NCBI RefSeq assembly: GCF_000485595.1
Contig: NW_014577068.1
Location: 904,216-968,215 of the forward strand
DNA length: 64,000 bases
Reading direction: 5' to 3'
From: Priapulus caudatus
Taxonomy: Eukaryota
The notes beneath the pieces were generated by a model. It was not told the DNA's origin and made no database searches. It worked only from the letters and a program-made list of their open reading frames with translations. Positions 48,633 through 60,500 of this stretch are shown here, one piece after another. The translations under genes and the position numbers were made by a program. Position 1 is the stretch's first letter. Each line of letters opens with the position of its first letter.

Positions 48633-51199
48633 CACTTCTCTTATATTGTCTCCATAAAAAAATCTTGTTTAGCGCTAGTTTTTCAGATAAAGATTTACTT
48701 ATATATATGTAAATTCGTTATAAAACCCTAGAAATGGGCAAAGAGAGGTCCGCAGGCGTCCGGGTTACCGGATCTGATACTGAAATTTTTGCATTCTAGA
48801 CATCAAAATTACTGCGCAGATGCTCTCACAATGCACCAATTTAAAAAAAAAATCTTGGGGGAGGTCCGCCAAACCCCATCTAAGTGGCCTTCGGCAGCTT
48901 TTTAAAACACCAGAAAAAGTAAGCAGGAAAAAGTGCATTTTTTTTCTTCATGGATACCCCTTTTCAAAAATCCTGGATCTGCCCCTGTAGGGGGAATATA
49001 GATAGATGACAAAAATGTCATATTTACAGCAATATACAAATATACTATACATTTATCAATCTAACTTATCCTCTAAGAAAATATTTGTTTTACTAATCTA
49101 ATAAAATAATATAATTTAATGACTAAATAATAATAGATAGGACTACACCAAACCTGTCGTAGTTGCTCTCTGAGGCCATTCTCTTCCTCTTCTCTCTCTT
49201 TATCTGGGAGGAAGCTTGTATCAACATTTGGATTTTTACCGAGCTTCTTCTTCTTTAGAAGAGGTTCTACATCAGTTGAATCTCTACTTTCCTCCTTAGA
49301 ATCCACATCCTCGGTCTCTTCTTCTGAACCATCATCATCCATGTTAAATGACAAAGTGGCTCTCTACATAGAAACATCAAATATCATCTGAGCACTGTCA
49401 GGACATGATGTTGTTACTATAATCCATTATATTATATCAATAAATAATGATGACACAGCACTATCGGGAGGAATGGCAATTCACTTCACACGTGCTCAGA
49501 TACTAGGTTTTGAATACCTAGTGCAACTGCCTTTAGGTCTTCATGTCAAGAGTTATAAACACCCATTTAAACTTAAAGTAGGTGTGCACTGGAACTTGGA
49601 TCCGGCCGGATCACCAATTTTTCAAAGTTTTTTCCTAATTTCATTTATGCTACAAGCGTCATCAAGATCAAAAGATCAGTCACTGAATGTAGTTGAGCTT
49701 GAATAGAGTCAACTTGCTGACAATATAGTGTTAACAACTTTACACTATTCTGCCCAGAAAACGTTTGCCACTTGAACATCGGCTAACTAACTGAACTGAA
49801 CCTAACTGATGTTAGGTGATTCACGAGATTTTCTTTTAAAATAAAATACTCGTAGAGCCACAGGAATAGCATCTGTTTGTTAGTTGAAAATAATCGACTA
49901 AAACCAGGGATACTGCAACATGCAGGTTTTGCAACACAATTCGCTCGCGAATAAAATGCCAGAATTATTTTTTAAAGTTCCGGCTGGTTCTGGTTCCGGC
50001 CGGAACTTAAAAAGTTGGATCCGGTACACACCTAATTTAAAGGAGCCATACCTGTTTCTGCTCCTGTTTTTCTTTCTGCCTTTCCTCTAATAATCTGAGT
50101 TTATGTTCAGCCTCCTTCTTAGCTAACTGCTTTTCTCTTTCTTTTATCATAAACTCCTGCTTAGCTTTCATCTGATCAAGAGTTACCTGGAATCAAAGTC
50201 GTGAAACCATAAAAAGCTACACATAGCAGTGAATATAGTGTGATACTGTGATATCCTTAACAGCCAGAACACGACAGTTCTTATTTAGGATTGGATGCTG
50301 CATCCATGCTTGCTACCAACAGTGTCTCTCAGTACTGCAAAAGAGAAATTGTTTTGTGTTATAATTGTTGCACGCACATTAAACGTTTTATCTTGTACAT
50401 GAAAGTAATCACATGCCAATAGGAAGTTTATTTAATTAATGCTCCTTTCAATAAAGTAGCAAATGAGGCAAATATCATTGAGACTATGTTTGTCACTTGG
50501 TGTGTCACACCACATCACAGAAAATATCTCATGTAGATGGGTGGAAAAACAGACGAATTGAAGGATGCACAAACAGAAAAACAGGTAGATTGGGACAGGC
50601 AAATAGATTGATAGATGACATGCAAGAAGCGTCATTAAAGAAATACTTTACTCTAGAATTTGAGAGTATATTATGATAGTAGATTTATAAATAATAGCAC
50701 ATACTTTACCATACCATTATTATAATAATAAATCATATTATTATTATTATTTATTTATGATTTATAAATAATACCATTTGCACAACTTTTCAGACAGTGC
50801 ACTTTGAGATGCGCCACCGTCGTTGTAATCAAACTGTAGTCGTTAGTTTTAAAACATTAAAAAAATATTTCTAATGATGATTGAATCATGAAATTTTTAA
50901 TGGAGTGCAATTTTAACCTAAATCAACTGAAAATAACCCTAGAACCTAGAGTCAAGTCTTCCTTTAAACTTTTCCTAGTGAAGAATATACTGATCTATAC
51001 ATACCAGGCCAACTGTGCTGGATTTCAACTGTACTTCCACAGCATCATAATGAACAGCAAATTTATTGCCAATGTTTGAGACAATTCCTTCCTCAATCTT
51101 TTGTTTCCGTAGTTCCAATTCTTTCTTTTCCTTCTCCCGGCGTTTGATTAGTTGCATGGCACGCCCTGCCTCGCTTGCTGCTCCCTTGTATTCTGCCAT
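46926..51199 (-). CDS. FAM50A: Protein FAM50 (XAP5) homolog, multi-exon; one internal segment missing at gap 47047-47056
   Basis: Exons on -: 51199-51005, 50186-50052, 49363-49154, 48120-48029, 47779-47668, 47046-46926. Hallmark motifs: [81 protein letters not shown]. Confidence 0.95.
47057..47290 (+). repeat. ~53-bp tandem repeat beside a gap
   Basis: tagctatatgtgtagcttcacgtgcatgtaccgtatgcatagctactatatgt. Confidence 0.75.
47668..47779 (-). CDS. FAM50A: FAM50 exon 5
   Basis: aaccag|[38 protein letters not shown]|gtaaat. Confidence 0.92.
48029..48120 (-). CDS. FAM50A: FAM50 exon 4 (GC donor)
   Basis: aacag|[32 protein letters not shown]|gcaagc. Confidence 0.9.
48402..48987. mobile_element. 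MITE with CAGGGG(T/C)GGATC termini and 5-bp TSD
   Basis: caggggtggatccag ... ctggatctgcccctg flanked by TAGGG on both sides; contains an N-gap. Confidence 0.65.
49154..49363 (-). CDS. FAM50A: FAM50 exon 3
   Basis: atgtag|[11 protein letters not shown]...[31 protein letters not shown]|gtttgg, 210 nt. Confidence 0.93.
49579..50034. mobile_element. hAT-like MITE in FAM50 intron 2
   Basis: TIR taggtgtgcactgga / tccggtacacaccta; 8-bp TSD acttaaag/atttaaag (1 mismatch). Confidence 0.7.
50052..50186 (-). CDS. FAM50A: FAM50 exon 2
   Basis: ttccag|[24 protein letters not shown]...EQKQ|gtatgg, 135 nt. Confidence 0.92.
51005..51199 (-). CDS. FAM50A: FAM50 coding exon 1
   Basis: [22 protein letters not shown]...[16 protein letters not shown]|gtatgt, 195 nt. 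Confidence 0.93.
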
Positions 51200-51440
51200 T
51201 TCTATTCCAACAAAAAGCCTCATCAGTTAACTATGAATAGGATTCGGAAAGAGCGTTAGTAGTATACTACTAATACGAACATTTCAGGACCCTATTTTTA
51301 CCTCCTATTACTTCGGATATGTAGCCTATACCTGCTTAAGTTGGTCAATAAACCAGATATTGTTGTGTAATATATTTAAAATGTGTGATTCAACTGAGGT
51401 TGTTGTCTGAAATGCAGAAGATTGTATGATCTTTCTCCAT

Positions 51441-51941
51441 TTTTCTAGATGCACCTGCTCACCAATGCTTCCACGAAAAATGGCTCACAAAACGCAAAAT
51501 GATCGGGCTTTTTAACACTTATTTATTTACATGGACATAGACCTCACCTATCTTTTTGAACACTTTCTACAACTTTACACCATGTATTTATGCATTTATT
51601 CCTCAAAGTGCTAGGAACTACTTGCGTTTCGTTTTCAAATGCTGTTGTGTGCACGCGTGACGTCACACGAAATGTAATAGTCTGCATCATAGCTGCCCAT
51701 GTGTTTTGTCTACATTTCGGGTGAAGTCACGCGTGTACACAACAGCATTTGAAAATAAAACGCAAGTAATGCTAGAACTTTGAGGAATAAATGCATAAAT
51801 ACATGGTGTAAAGTTGTGGAAAGTGTTTAAAAAGATAAGTGAGATGTCCATGTAGATAAATAAGTGTTAAAAAGCCCGATCATTTTGCGTTTTTTGAGCC
51901 ATTTTTCGTGGAAGCATTGGGGAGCAGGTGCAGTTAGGAAA
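51441..51941. mobile_element. Long foldback palindrome (MITE-like) upstream of the FAM50 ATG
   Basis: About 230-bp near-perfect inverted arms around a ~55-bp spacer. Confidence 0.7.
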
Positions 51942-52094
51942 ACTGGCATAAAATGTTCTATAGCGATGTTTCACGTGACGTCATAGATCAGGTCACGTGT
52001 ATTTGTTATGTGTTGTGGTTGGCAGAAGCGAAGCGTGCTGCTTGACATTTACAGATGAATGACCACATGTTCTGATAGAAAGCACTGTTTATGT

Positions 52095-53005
52095 AGTGCA
52101 CGTACACGTGCGTGTGTGTGAACTTACACGTGCGTGCGTGTGCACGTACACGTGCGTGTGTGTGTGCGTGGGCCCGTACATGTTCGTGCGTGCGTGCGTT
52201 CGTGTGCACATACACGTACACGTGCGGGCGTGACACGTACAAGTGCCTGTGCACGTAAACGTGCGTGCATGCGTGTGTGCGTGCGCACGTAAACGTGTGT
52301 GCATGCGTGTGTGTGTGCTAGTGATGTCACGATCATTGATTATACTCGATCATCGGTTGAACAATGGCTCGAACCAAGCGCTTGGTTATAAAAATCCATA
52401 ATCGATTTAATAAAAAAAATAATAATTTGAACAAGAAAACTTGGAAAAGTGATGAGAATCAGTACATGTATTATACACACAGTAGTAAACAGTGCAAAAC
52501 AAACAGTAAACAGGGCTAAACAAGCACATACATGCACACACATACATGCACACGACGTTATGCACACGCAGGCATTCAACACCCCGAGTAACCGATTGTA
52601 ACCGATCATCGGTTACTTGGGTCCAACCGATGATCGATTATGAAATTACAACCGATTGACAACACTAGTGTGTGCGTGTGCATGTATACGTGCGTGTGCA
52701 CGTACACGTGCGTGCATGAGTGTGTGCGTACGTGCGTGCGTCCGTGTGTGTGCATGTACACGTGCGTGCGTGCGTATGTGTATGCGCGCATGTGCATGTG
52801 CATGTAGACGTGCGTGCATGCGTGCGTCCGTGTGTGTGCACGTACACGTGCGTGCGTGCGTGTGTGCGCGCGTGCAGGTACACGTTCGTGCGTGCGTGTG
52901 TGCGTGTGCAGGCCGGTACACGTGTGTGCATGTGTGCGTGCATGCGTGTGTGTGCAGGTACACGTGCGTGCGTGCGTACGTACACGTGCGTGCGTGTGTG
53001 TGCTT
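52095..53005. repeat. (TG)n/(TGCG)n compound microsatellite; similar tracts at 11537-11642, 33830-34140, 35630-35955, 37000-37260 and 48568-48635
   Basis: Direct inspection. Confidence 0.9.
52319..52667. mobile_element. hAT-like MITE inserted into a TG/CG microsatellite
   Basis: TIR tagtgatgtca / tgacaacacta; 8-bp TSD gtgtgtgc. Confidence 0.65.
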
Positions 53006-53140
53006 GTATCGAACAATATCACGCATCTGCTTGCTGCCAACCGTTAAACTGCGCATGTACGCATATGACGTCAATGTTTATAAACATGAAACATCGCCAT
53101 AGCCATGCGGCAACGGTACGCGAGCTATAGTACTAGAGCT

Positions 53141-53356
53141 AAGGGAGGGGGTGCATGTAAGAGGGAGACATTTTCTTTGGGGTTCCGAAAAACACAATTC
53201 CACTTGACAATTTCATGGGCCATTTCAATTGGAAGCTCTGCATAATGGACCCCAACAAGCCCTTTGACTGACTAGTCAAGAAATTCAAAGGACTGTATAT
53301 TGCTCTTATTTAGCCGCCGATAGTTCTTATTTAGAACAAAGTGTTCATTGTTATCA
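53141..53356 (+). repeat. Dispersed ~215-bp repeat, direct copy of 7903-8118
   Basis: agggaggg...gcatgtaagagggagacattttctttggggttccgaaaaacac...cattgttatca at both sites. Confidence 0.8.
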
Positions 53357-53700
53357 AAGTTAGCACTTCTGGCATTCCCGTTTGAAATATTCTGGCGTGC
53401 GAACGCGTGATGTCACCGGTAGTGTATATACATGCACCAGATATGTAGGCAAAACACATGGCAGCTATGGTGCATGTATATACAATACCGGTGACGTCAC
53501 GCGTTCGCACGCCAGAATATTTCAAACGGGAATGCCAGTAGTGCTGACTTTGAGTAATAAAAAGATAAATACATGGTGTAAAGTTGTGGAAAGTGTTCAA
53601 AAAGATAGGTGAGGTGTCCATGTAGATAAATAAGTGTTAAAAAACCCGATCATTTTGCGTTTTGTAATCAATTTTTCATGGGGACAGGTGGTGACAGGTT
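53354..53700. mobile_element. Related foldback element (palindrome 53354-53553 plus one outer arm)
   Basis: About 85-bp inverted arms; its loop is the reverse complement of the 51441 element loop; 53563-53665 matches 51795-51895. Confidence 0.6.
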
Positions 53701-54019
53701 GCAGTAGCGAAATCGAGCTGACAATGTTCTATAGCCCTGCCGCAGTTAGTGAACGCGGGCTATAGTACTAGAGCTACCCACAAGGATACATTGTCATTGG
53801 CCGAAATTTAACTTCATTTTGCGCACAGGCGCGAAGTTATTGCGTGAAAATCCTAGTTAACACATTTTTGACCCTACCGTTTTTTTACTCTAGCATGATT
53901 AAAGCACTGTAAGTGCAAATTCTTCAGGAAATGCGGTGTATGACAATAAGCACTATCAGTATCATGTGCAAACTGCAATGTACATCAATCATACACGATG
54001 TTCAGAGCATGTTCATGAC

Positions 54020-54947
54020 TAGCTTTAGTACTATAGCCTGCTTACATTAACTGCCGCTGGCGGCAGCAGGCACAGGCACTTGAAGCGTTTCAACTGTAAA
54101 CACACGCCGCCGCCATTGCGCGCACACTGACACATAAATATATAGCAGGTGAGAAAGCGCGACTCGCGCACCGGATGTTAACGAACTTTCGCCGCCTTTA
54201 ACCATGGGCGAAAGTTCGTTACCATCCGGTGCGCAGTGCTAGCGAACGCGAGAATTTCGTCAGTCTTTGTGTGATTTCGCGTGACACAGCTCGGTTACGA
54301 ACAGCACGCTATGTTTTATAACAAGTGAACACTGTTCTGAAGGAGAAACAAAGATGGAAGCTGTTGGATGTGTATTTGTGTTGAATCGTGAGAAATGCAG
54401 CGAGCGGTCGAGCGAATTTTTGGGATCCGCGCTTTCTCAACCTGCCTATATATTTAGCACAGTGGCTATTGCCCGGCCGCCGGCGTAATCTGAACGCGAC
54501 TGCCGGCGCAGCAGGTCTTCGATTTCCTAAATGCCGCATTTTTAATTTTAGCCGTCTATCCTCAAAGTAAAACAAGGTTAGGGTTTAGAGTTAGGATTGG
54601 GTTTAGGGTTAGGTTTAGCGGTAGAGTTTAGGCGTTTTTTGTAGGTTTTTAGGCGTTAGGGTTAGACGTAGGGTTAAGAACTGCCGGGCTTTAGGGAAAC
54701 GAAGACGTGTAGCCCGGCTGCTGGGCATGATAGATAGCCAGCAGCGAATATATTTATGTGTCAGTGTGCGCGCAATGGCGGCGGCGTGTGTTTACAGTTG
54801 AAACGCTTCAAGTGCCTGTGGCAGCAGGCGGCCAGGCGGCGACCAGGAAAGCGGCGGCCAGCGGCAGTTAATGTAAGCGGGCTATAGTACTAGAGTAGTA
54901 GAGGCTAGTAGGGTAGGTAGAGGCTAGGTAGAGTAGTACTAGAGCTA
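54020..54947. mobile_element. Non-autonomous DNA transposon with TAG...CTA ends and 9-bp TSD (Academ/AcademH-like)
   Basis: Perfect TSD GTTCATGAC at 54011-54019 and 54948-54956. Termini TAGCTTTAGTACTATAG / TAGTACTAGAGCTA. About 120-bp imperfect TIRs. Confidence 0.75.
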
Positions 54948-55493
54948 GTTCATGACAACTGTCAACTGATGTCACGAGTCGTACACGTATGCACTCATTA
55001 CACACTGATGGTCAGTTAGCTGATGGACTACCTTGGCACTATATTCCCTGTACGGGACGCCAAATATCAGAACATAACAAACATAACATGACATAACGTT
55101 ATTAGATCATTTTTACCTACCTATCGACGTTCCAGCATCAAGCAACAACCTGGACCACCGCAGCGCCACCTATAGGAACATACATGTGTTACATAGAATT
55201 TCTGTCATTTTATATTTATATATGTGTGTATTTTGTATGTTTACAAACCGTTTGTTTTTACTTGTTTGTTACTGTTTGTTTATAGTTTTATAACGTTTTA
55301 AAACTGAATTATCTTGCGCAGTTTGCAAAATGTACTACAAAATGCCCGGATATAGCAGGGACCAAGAGAGACGCAAACTCGTTGATAGGCACGCGCGAGA
55401 GCAGTGTTTACTCCGTACTCGAGCGACGGCTTGGTTATCGTGTTCTTGAAACATATGCAAGATCATTTGCATAACTGCACCTTATAATTAAAT

Positions 55494-58029
55494 ATGGCAG
55501 ATGACATTTGCAGTCAAGTACAACAGGTAAAAATTATATATAACGGAGTTAGTAATAACATTAACTAAAGACAAGTTTAATTTAATTAACACCCCGTACG
55601 ATCGTACAGCCACGGCACAGGCACAGTTCTGAGTCTCGGAGCATAGCCACAGCATCTAATGATCTATGGCCACAGGTAGCCACAAGTTCCCTTCTCGCTT
55701 AAAACACTACGTCTTACGACGTGTAACAGTCGGAGAGCCTGGTCGGTTTAAGCCACAGGTCGTTCACACGCACGCACGCACGTGTACGCAGGGGCGGATC
55801 CAGGGCTGAAGATAGACAGTATTTTTCCAGATTTTAAGGGCACATCCCCCAAAAAGGGCACACCACCCCACAGTGGGCGCCATCAGGCGCGGAAGCACAT
55901 GGCGGGGGTCTGGGGGCCGCCTCCCCCAGGAAATTAAAAATTTCAAGGGTCCCTGCATGGGCACCAAAATTAGCACCATTTGAGTACACATTTAGTCAAG
56001 CAGCAATAGCTAAAAACCATATATGAAATTTTATTTTTGCTTGATTTTGCCTGCGCTTTGCATACCAACAATTAATGCAGAATGATTCAAGCCCTTCCCT
56101 TCTTTTTCAGATATCAAAGCTAGTTTTGTTACCATTTAAAATGTTGATTTTCTTCAAGTCCTGTTAATGAATTAGAAGAAAAAGAAAACAAATAAAGAAT
56201 ATAGCCAAATTCCATCAAATTGTTTTCTGTATTTTTTAGCGCAAAATTTCGAAGGGCACTTTGAAATCTAGACCGTATTTTCCAATACGGCAAATACGGT
56301 CTGAATCCGCCCCTGGTACGTGCACACGCGAAGACTGTACATAGCATTACAACGACATAGACGCATGAGTATGTGTACTGTATGGTTGAAATACAAAATA
56401 TTTTGTCACAAATGACCTGACCCGGAAGAATTCGTGGCTAAGTTCGCGCATGGTTCCATTGGGACTAGAATTCTTCTTCGATATAGCTGGAATTAGACTT
56501 GTGAATTTCGACTTAGACGAAGATTTATCAAAGTAAAAACATAAGGAAAGATCGGGACTTTTGTGGAGCTTCTAGCTACTTCGCCGATTTTTCGACTTGT
56601 GCGATGTCGACTTAGGCGAGGTCGACTGTACTACTAGATGGGGGCAATGTAATTTTGGATTTCCTGAAATTGTTCCGCTTCCACACTTGAACTAATGCAA
56701 ATTAAATTTATTTTTTATCAACTTAGGTGTGGAATATGCTAAGTGACTTGCAGATGGAAGCACCTGAGGAGTATCACAAGTTGCTCAAGTCGTCTATGAA
56801 CGAAATTCTACCTCCTCGGGCAAATATGTGTTTTTCTACAGTAAAGGTAAGATTTTCATATCAATAAGTTCTTGATTATTGTAGCAAATAATTAGTTGAA
56901 TATTGTTAAATTTAATGCCATAGTGGTGATTACTCAGGATGTCAACTTTTTTCTAAGGTTAGAAATGACACAAGAGTCTTTGTCAATGTCTGCCAGTGGA
57001 ATAAAGTTCCTGCACCACGTTCTAAGTGTGAAGCAATCTCAATGTTGGCTGGAACCTGGGATACAGGATTTGACCAGAAAGGTACTTTTAAAGTTTTTAA
57101 ATTCATTTATTGATTATCTTTCTTGCTCATTAAATTGAAATTTTAACGTTACCGAAAAAACTTATATTTCAGGTTCGTTCAGTGTGACTGCCGTCGCTGT
57201 AAATTCTTCAGTCTTGGAAGAATGCTGCAGTAACAATGAGGAACGTCAGATGTTGATAGACCTGATTATTTCCTTCATTGAACATCATTCTGCTGTCAGT
57301 CTCTCACACACATACTCCTTGCTGCCGGATACCAACTTCCAGCCTGGCCTCAAAACGCTCAGCCTGGAAAAGTTCTTTGTAGTGCAGCCCCGTATTGGTG
57401 ACGGATCACTGTTGACACCAAATCCCTCATCCCTCGTCAATGTCCTATCAGAGAAGAGAAATTCTGCAAAGCCTACCACCATAGCTAATTCAACATTAAG
57501 TGGCAGTGCTGATAATCACAAAAAAGAGTCAACTGCAAGTAACAGTTCTAAACCAGAACCGTCTCTAGTGGACTATTATAAAACGCAATTAAAAGAAGTT
57601 AAAGATCATGGGTCTGATAAGATGCCAAATGATAAACACTCGCCAGCACCCAGTAGTGAAATTTCGGGGCAAGATCGTGATGTTGTTATTTGCTCAACAC
57701 CCACTTTATTGGATATGAACGAAGTCTCGACTAAACACAGCACGGATTTGAGTGCAAAAAAGAGTCATGTAACAACACCAAAGCATGTGGTTGAAATACT
57801 GCCACAAGAGGGAGCATGTGCGAAGAGAGTTCAGGTCACCATCACACTGCAAGGCATCTTGATAGCAGCTAGTTGTCAGCTTGATGTTACGCAGGAGGAT
57901 CTGACAGTTGTAGCTGGGCAGTACAGTCTCAATTTGAAAATGCCCTTCATGGTGGATGTTGACTCTGTTTCTGCAAAATTTGATAAGTCAACGAGTATAC
58001 TCGTGGTCACATTAGACATCAAGCCATAG
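55494..58029 (+). CDS. PIH1D2: PIH1 domain-containing protein 2-like (R2TP/R2SP-type co-chaperone), 4 exons
   Basis: Exons 55494-55526 (MADDICSQVQQ), 56727-56846 (VWNMLSDLQMEAPEEYHK), 56958-57081 (VFVNVCQWNKVPAP) and 57173-58029 (AVAVNSSVL...LSHTY...C-terminal CS-like domain VDVDSVSAKFDKSTSILVVTL). All are GT-AG and in phase. Confidence 0.85.
55789..56315. mobile_element. MITE with CAGGGGCGGAT termini and 5-bp TSD in PIH1D2 intron 1
   Basis: caggggcggatccag ... ctgaatccgcccctg flanked by GTACG on both sides. Confidence 0.7.
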
Positions 58030-58074
58030 AAATAACCAGTATGGAATTTTTGTATGTCACCTTTACCAATAGTA

Positions 58075-58140
58075 AACCACTCCACCACAGAGTCACCACA
58101 GTAGACGTGAGATGAGCGCTGTCGCTCTGCGGCACTTGTT
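58075..58140 (+). mobile_element. HINE 3' end fragment in the PIH1D2 3' flank (also 62993-63057)
   Basis: accactccaccacagagtcacc...agatgagcgctgtcgctctgcggcacttgtt is the reverse complement of 16604-16668. Confidence 0.6.
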
Positions 58141-59785
58141 AGTTCTTCGAATATGTATGGAATATTTCACGTCTTCTTCCAGATGTTATACCTATTGTCC
58201 AAATATGTTATGAATGTGTTCTCTAACAGGCCAACGTGTGTCGATGTGTCTGGGCCTGTCACATCTAAATATAGTCGAGTAGAGAAATGATTAAGGATGA
58301 TGCATGCTCAGTTCATCTAGAATAATGTCATGCACTTATTAGATTATTGCAGAGTGATATTTCTTATCTCTCTTATAAGCAGTGTTTTGTGATGTACAGT
58401 TGAATCATAAGTCATACATGCAGTATGGGTTGCTTTTGGTGTCCTGATTTTATCAACGAAAATATAATAGGTTGAATGCTAACGTACCCCACATAGGGAA
58501 ACCAAGCACTAACGTTGGTGCCCCCGCTGTCCATCATTGCAATTTGCATATGAATGCTCTTTATATTTATAATATTTGTAACGTTTTGCTTATATAAGGT
58601 TATACTCGTAATAATATATGTAAGATTTGCCTGCGTAATATTCCACAGGCTGCAAATTAAAGCCATACAGGAATTCAGGCAAGCAGTTTTATCTATATAG
58701 AGTTATCTATAGTTTTATCTATATAGAGTTATCTATAGCTTTATCTATAGAGTTTGATATGAATTTCTGTCGCCGACAGACATTTTCTGTAGTTCCTCGA
58801 GAATACTAATAGTGTCATTCCGCGATCAAGTTCGTACTGTGACTCGCTCTACTCTGTATGAATCCAAGGGTGGAACAACTCATCATCTAGAATCTGTAAA
58901 CCTGAGTCTACAGTAATTGAATTCCCTACGTTCACTGCCGGGCTCTGGTGCCGTATAGTAGCCGTATATATAGTAGCCGTATAGCTAGTAGCTATAGTGC
59001 CGTATTGTCTACTAATGGTCATTGCGTTAAAATATAGTGAAAAAATATATATCGGGTAATAGCTATTTATTCTATAACGTTGTTTAGAAGTTGCCACCGG
59101 ACCAATGTTGATACTATTACGTGATAAAATAGCGAACTGCCCACGGCCAGGAACACAAATGTTATAACTAGTCACTGCTTGACATCATTCGCCTTGACTT
59201 GACTATAATCTGTTGTACCAGCAACAATTAACTATCCTGTATATCCACGATCGACACTTATATAAGGAGGTGTCAACCACGCCTGACTCGGAATTTTTCA
59301 ACGTAGGCCCTAAATTACTTGCCCTTGCGTTTCTTCTTGATTTACCCATGTATTTACCACATGTAATACTAATGTTATTACCACATGTGTTACTGCCTGA
59401 TAGACATGTCGCTGCCAGATTGACTAAGTGTTAGTGCCTGAATGATCTTTTCTACTGATTTACGGATCCTACTGTGTGACGGACTTGTATTGCTGTTTGA
59501 TGGACACTGGTGTTGGTTGGTGTTAACTTACGTGCGGCGTTACATTTATCGTGATTACCTAGTAGTGGCGCAAAACATTTGTACGTGATTACGAAGTACT
59601 TTGTAATGAAATATAAATATATAATAATAAATAAATAATTGGATCAATCAACCCATTCATGGGAACCACTGCTTTACGTAGACTATACAGAGTGGCGGGT
59701 AATTCTGTTTCTAGTAAACTGCTTCGAATATCATGTGTACGATGCTGGAGGGTTCGGTGCATCAAGCGATGAACTGACGATAATG

Positions 59786-60273
59786 CCCGGGTGGGGGGTG
59801 CACTCGCCTCGGAACTGGGTAGGGGGGTGCCTCCGGGACATTGAAAACCTGACCTTGTCGCAAACCGCTTTGCGCCCTAAATTACACCCTGTCCCAATAT
59901 ACTGCACTAAAAAGTATACCCTGTTGCAATATTGCACATTTCGGTTATGTCCTGTCCTGTAAATATATATAGGCAGATTGATAGATAGATAGATAGATAT
60001 TGGCCCAATATTGGACCAATATCTGCCTATAATTGTCCAATATTGGCCTGGTGATATTGGCCCAATATCAGCTTGATGGGTGTGTATCTAGATAACCCTG
60101 TGCCAATAATGATGCTCGGAAAATATACCCTGTGCCAATAATGATGTTCGGAAAATATACCCTGGGCCAATAATAATGTTCGGAAAATATACCCTGTGCC
60201 AATAATGATGTTCGGAAAATATACCCTGTCTAGTCCCCAGTACCTTTAACAATGGGAGTGCCCTCCGCCCGGG
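59786..60273. mobile_element. MITE with CCCGGG termini, 8-bp TSD and an internal ~32-bp tandem repeat
   Basis: cccgggtggggggtgcactc / gagtgccctccgcccggg; TSD cgataatg at 59778-59785 and 60274-60281; about 4 copies of ataccctgtgccaataatgatgttcggaaaat at 60093-60230. Confidence 0.7.
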
Positions 60274-60428
60274 CGATAATGATGACCAGGTTTGTCGTCC
60301 TGATGTTCTGCTTCCACGCTAGAGAGTAAGGTTACGTCCTTGTCGCTGTACTTGTCGCTGCGCACCTACTGTCCGCCGTTTCATCTACACCGTCGCCAGT
60401 ATACGCTGGTAACATACGGTCACTATTA

Positions 60429-60500
60429 GCAGGGGTTAATAATGATGTTATTATTAATGTAATTAAATTAATTAGTATTAATGGCATTATTAACCCCTGC
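60429..60500. mobile_element. 72-bp palindromic mini-MITE, TA TSD
   Basis: gcaggggttaataatg ... cattattaacccctgc flanked by TA; removing it restores the GPCR-like reading frame. Confidence 0.6.

Noticed and set aside
54166..54234. Pre-miRNA-like hairpin
   Set aside because: A near-perfect stem inside a transposon with no recognised mature miRNA; better explained as TE structure.
56727..58140. Helentron capture of PIH1D2 as the cause of the duplication
   Set aside because: Only a 3'-end fragment follows the gene, and the duplicated block extends about 0.9 kb beyond it, so it is not the duplication boundary.
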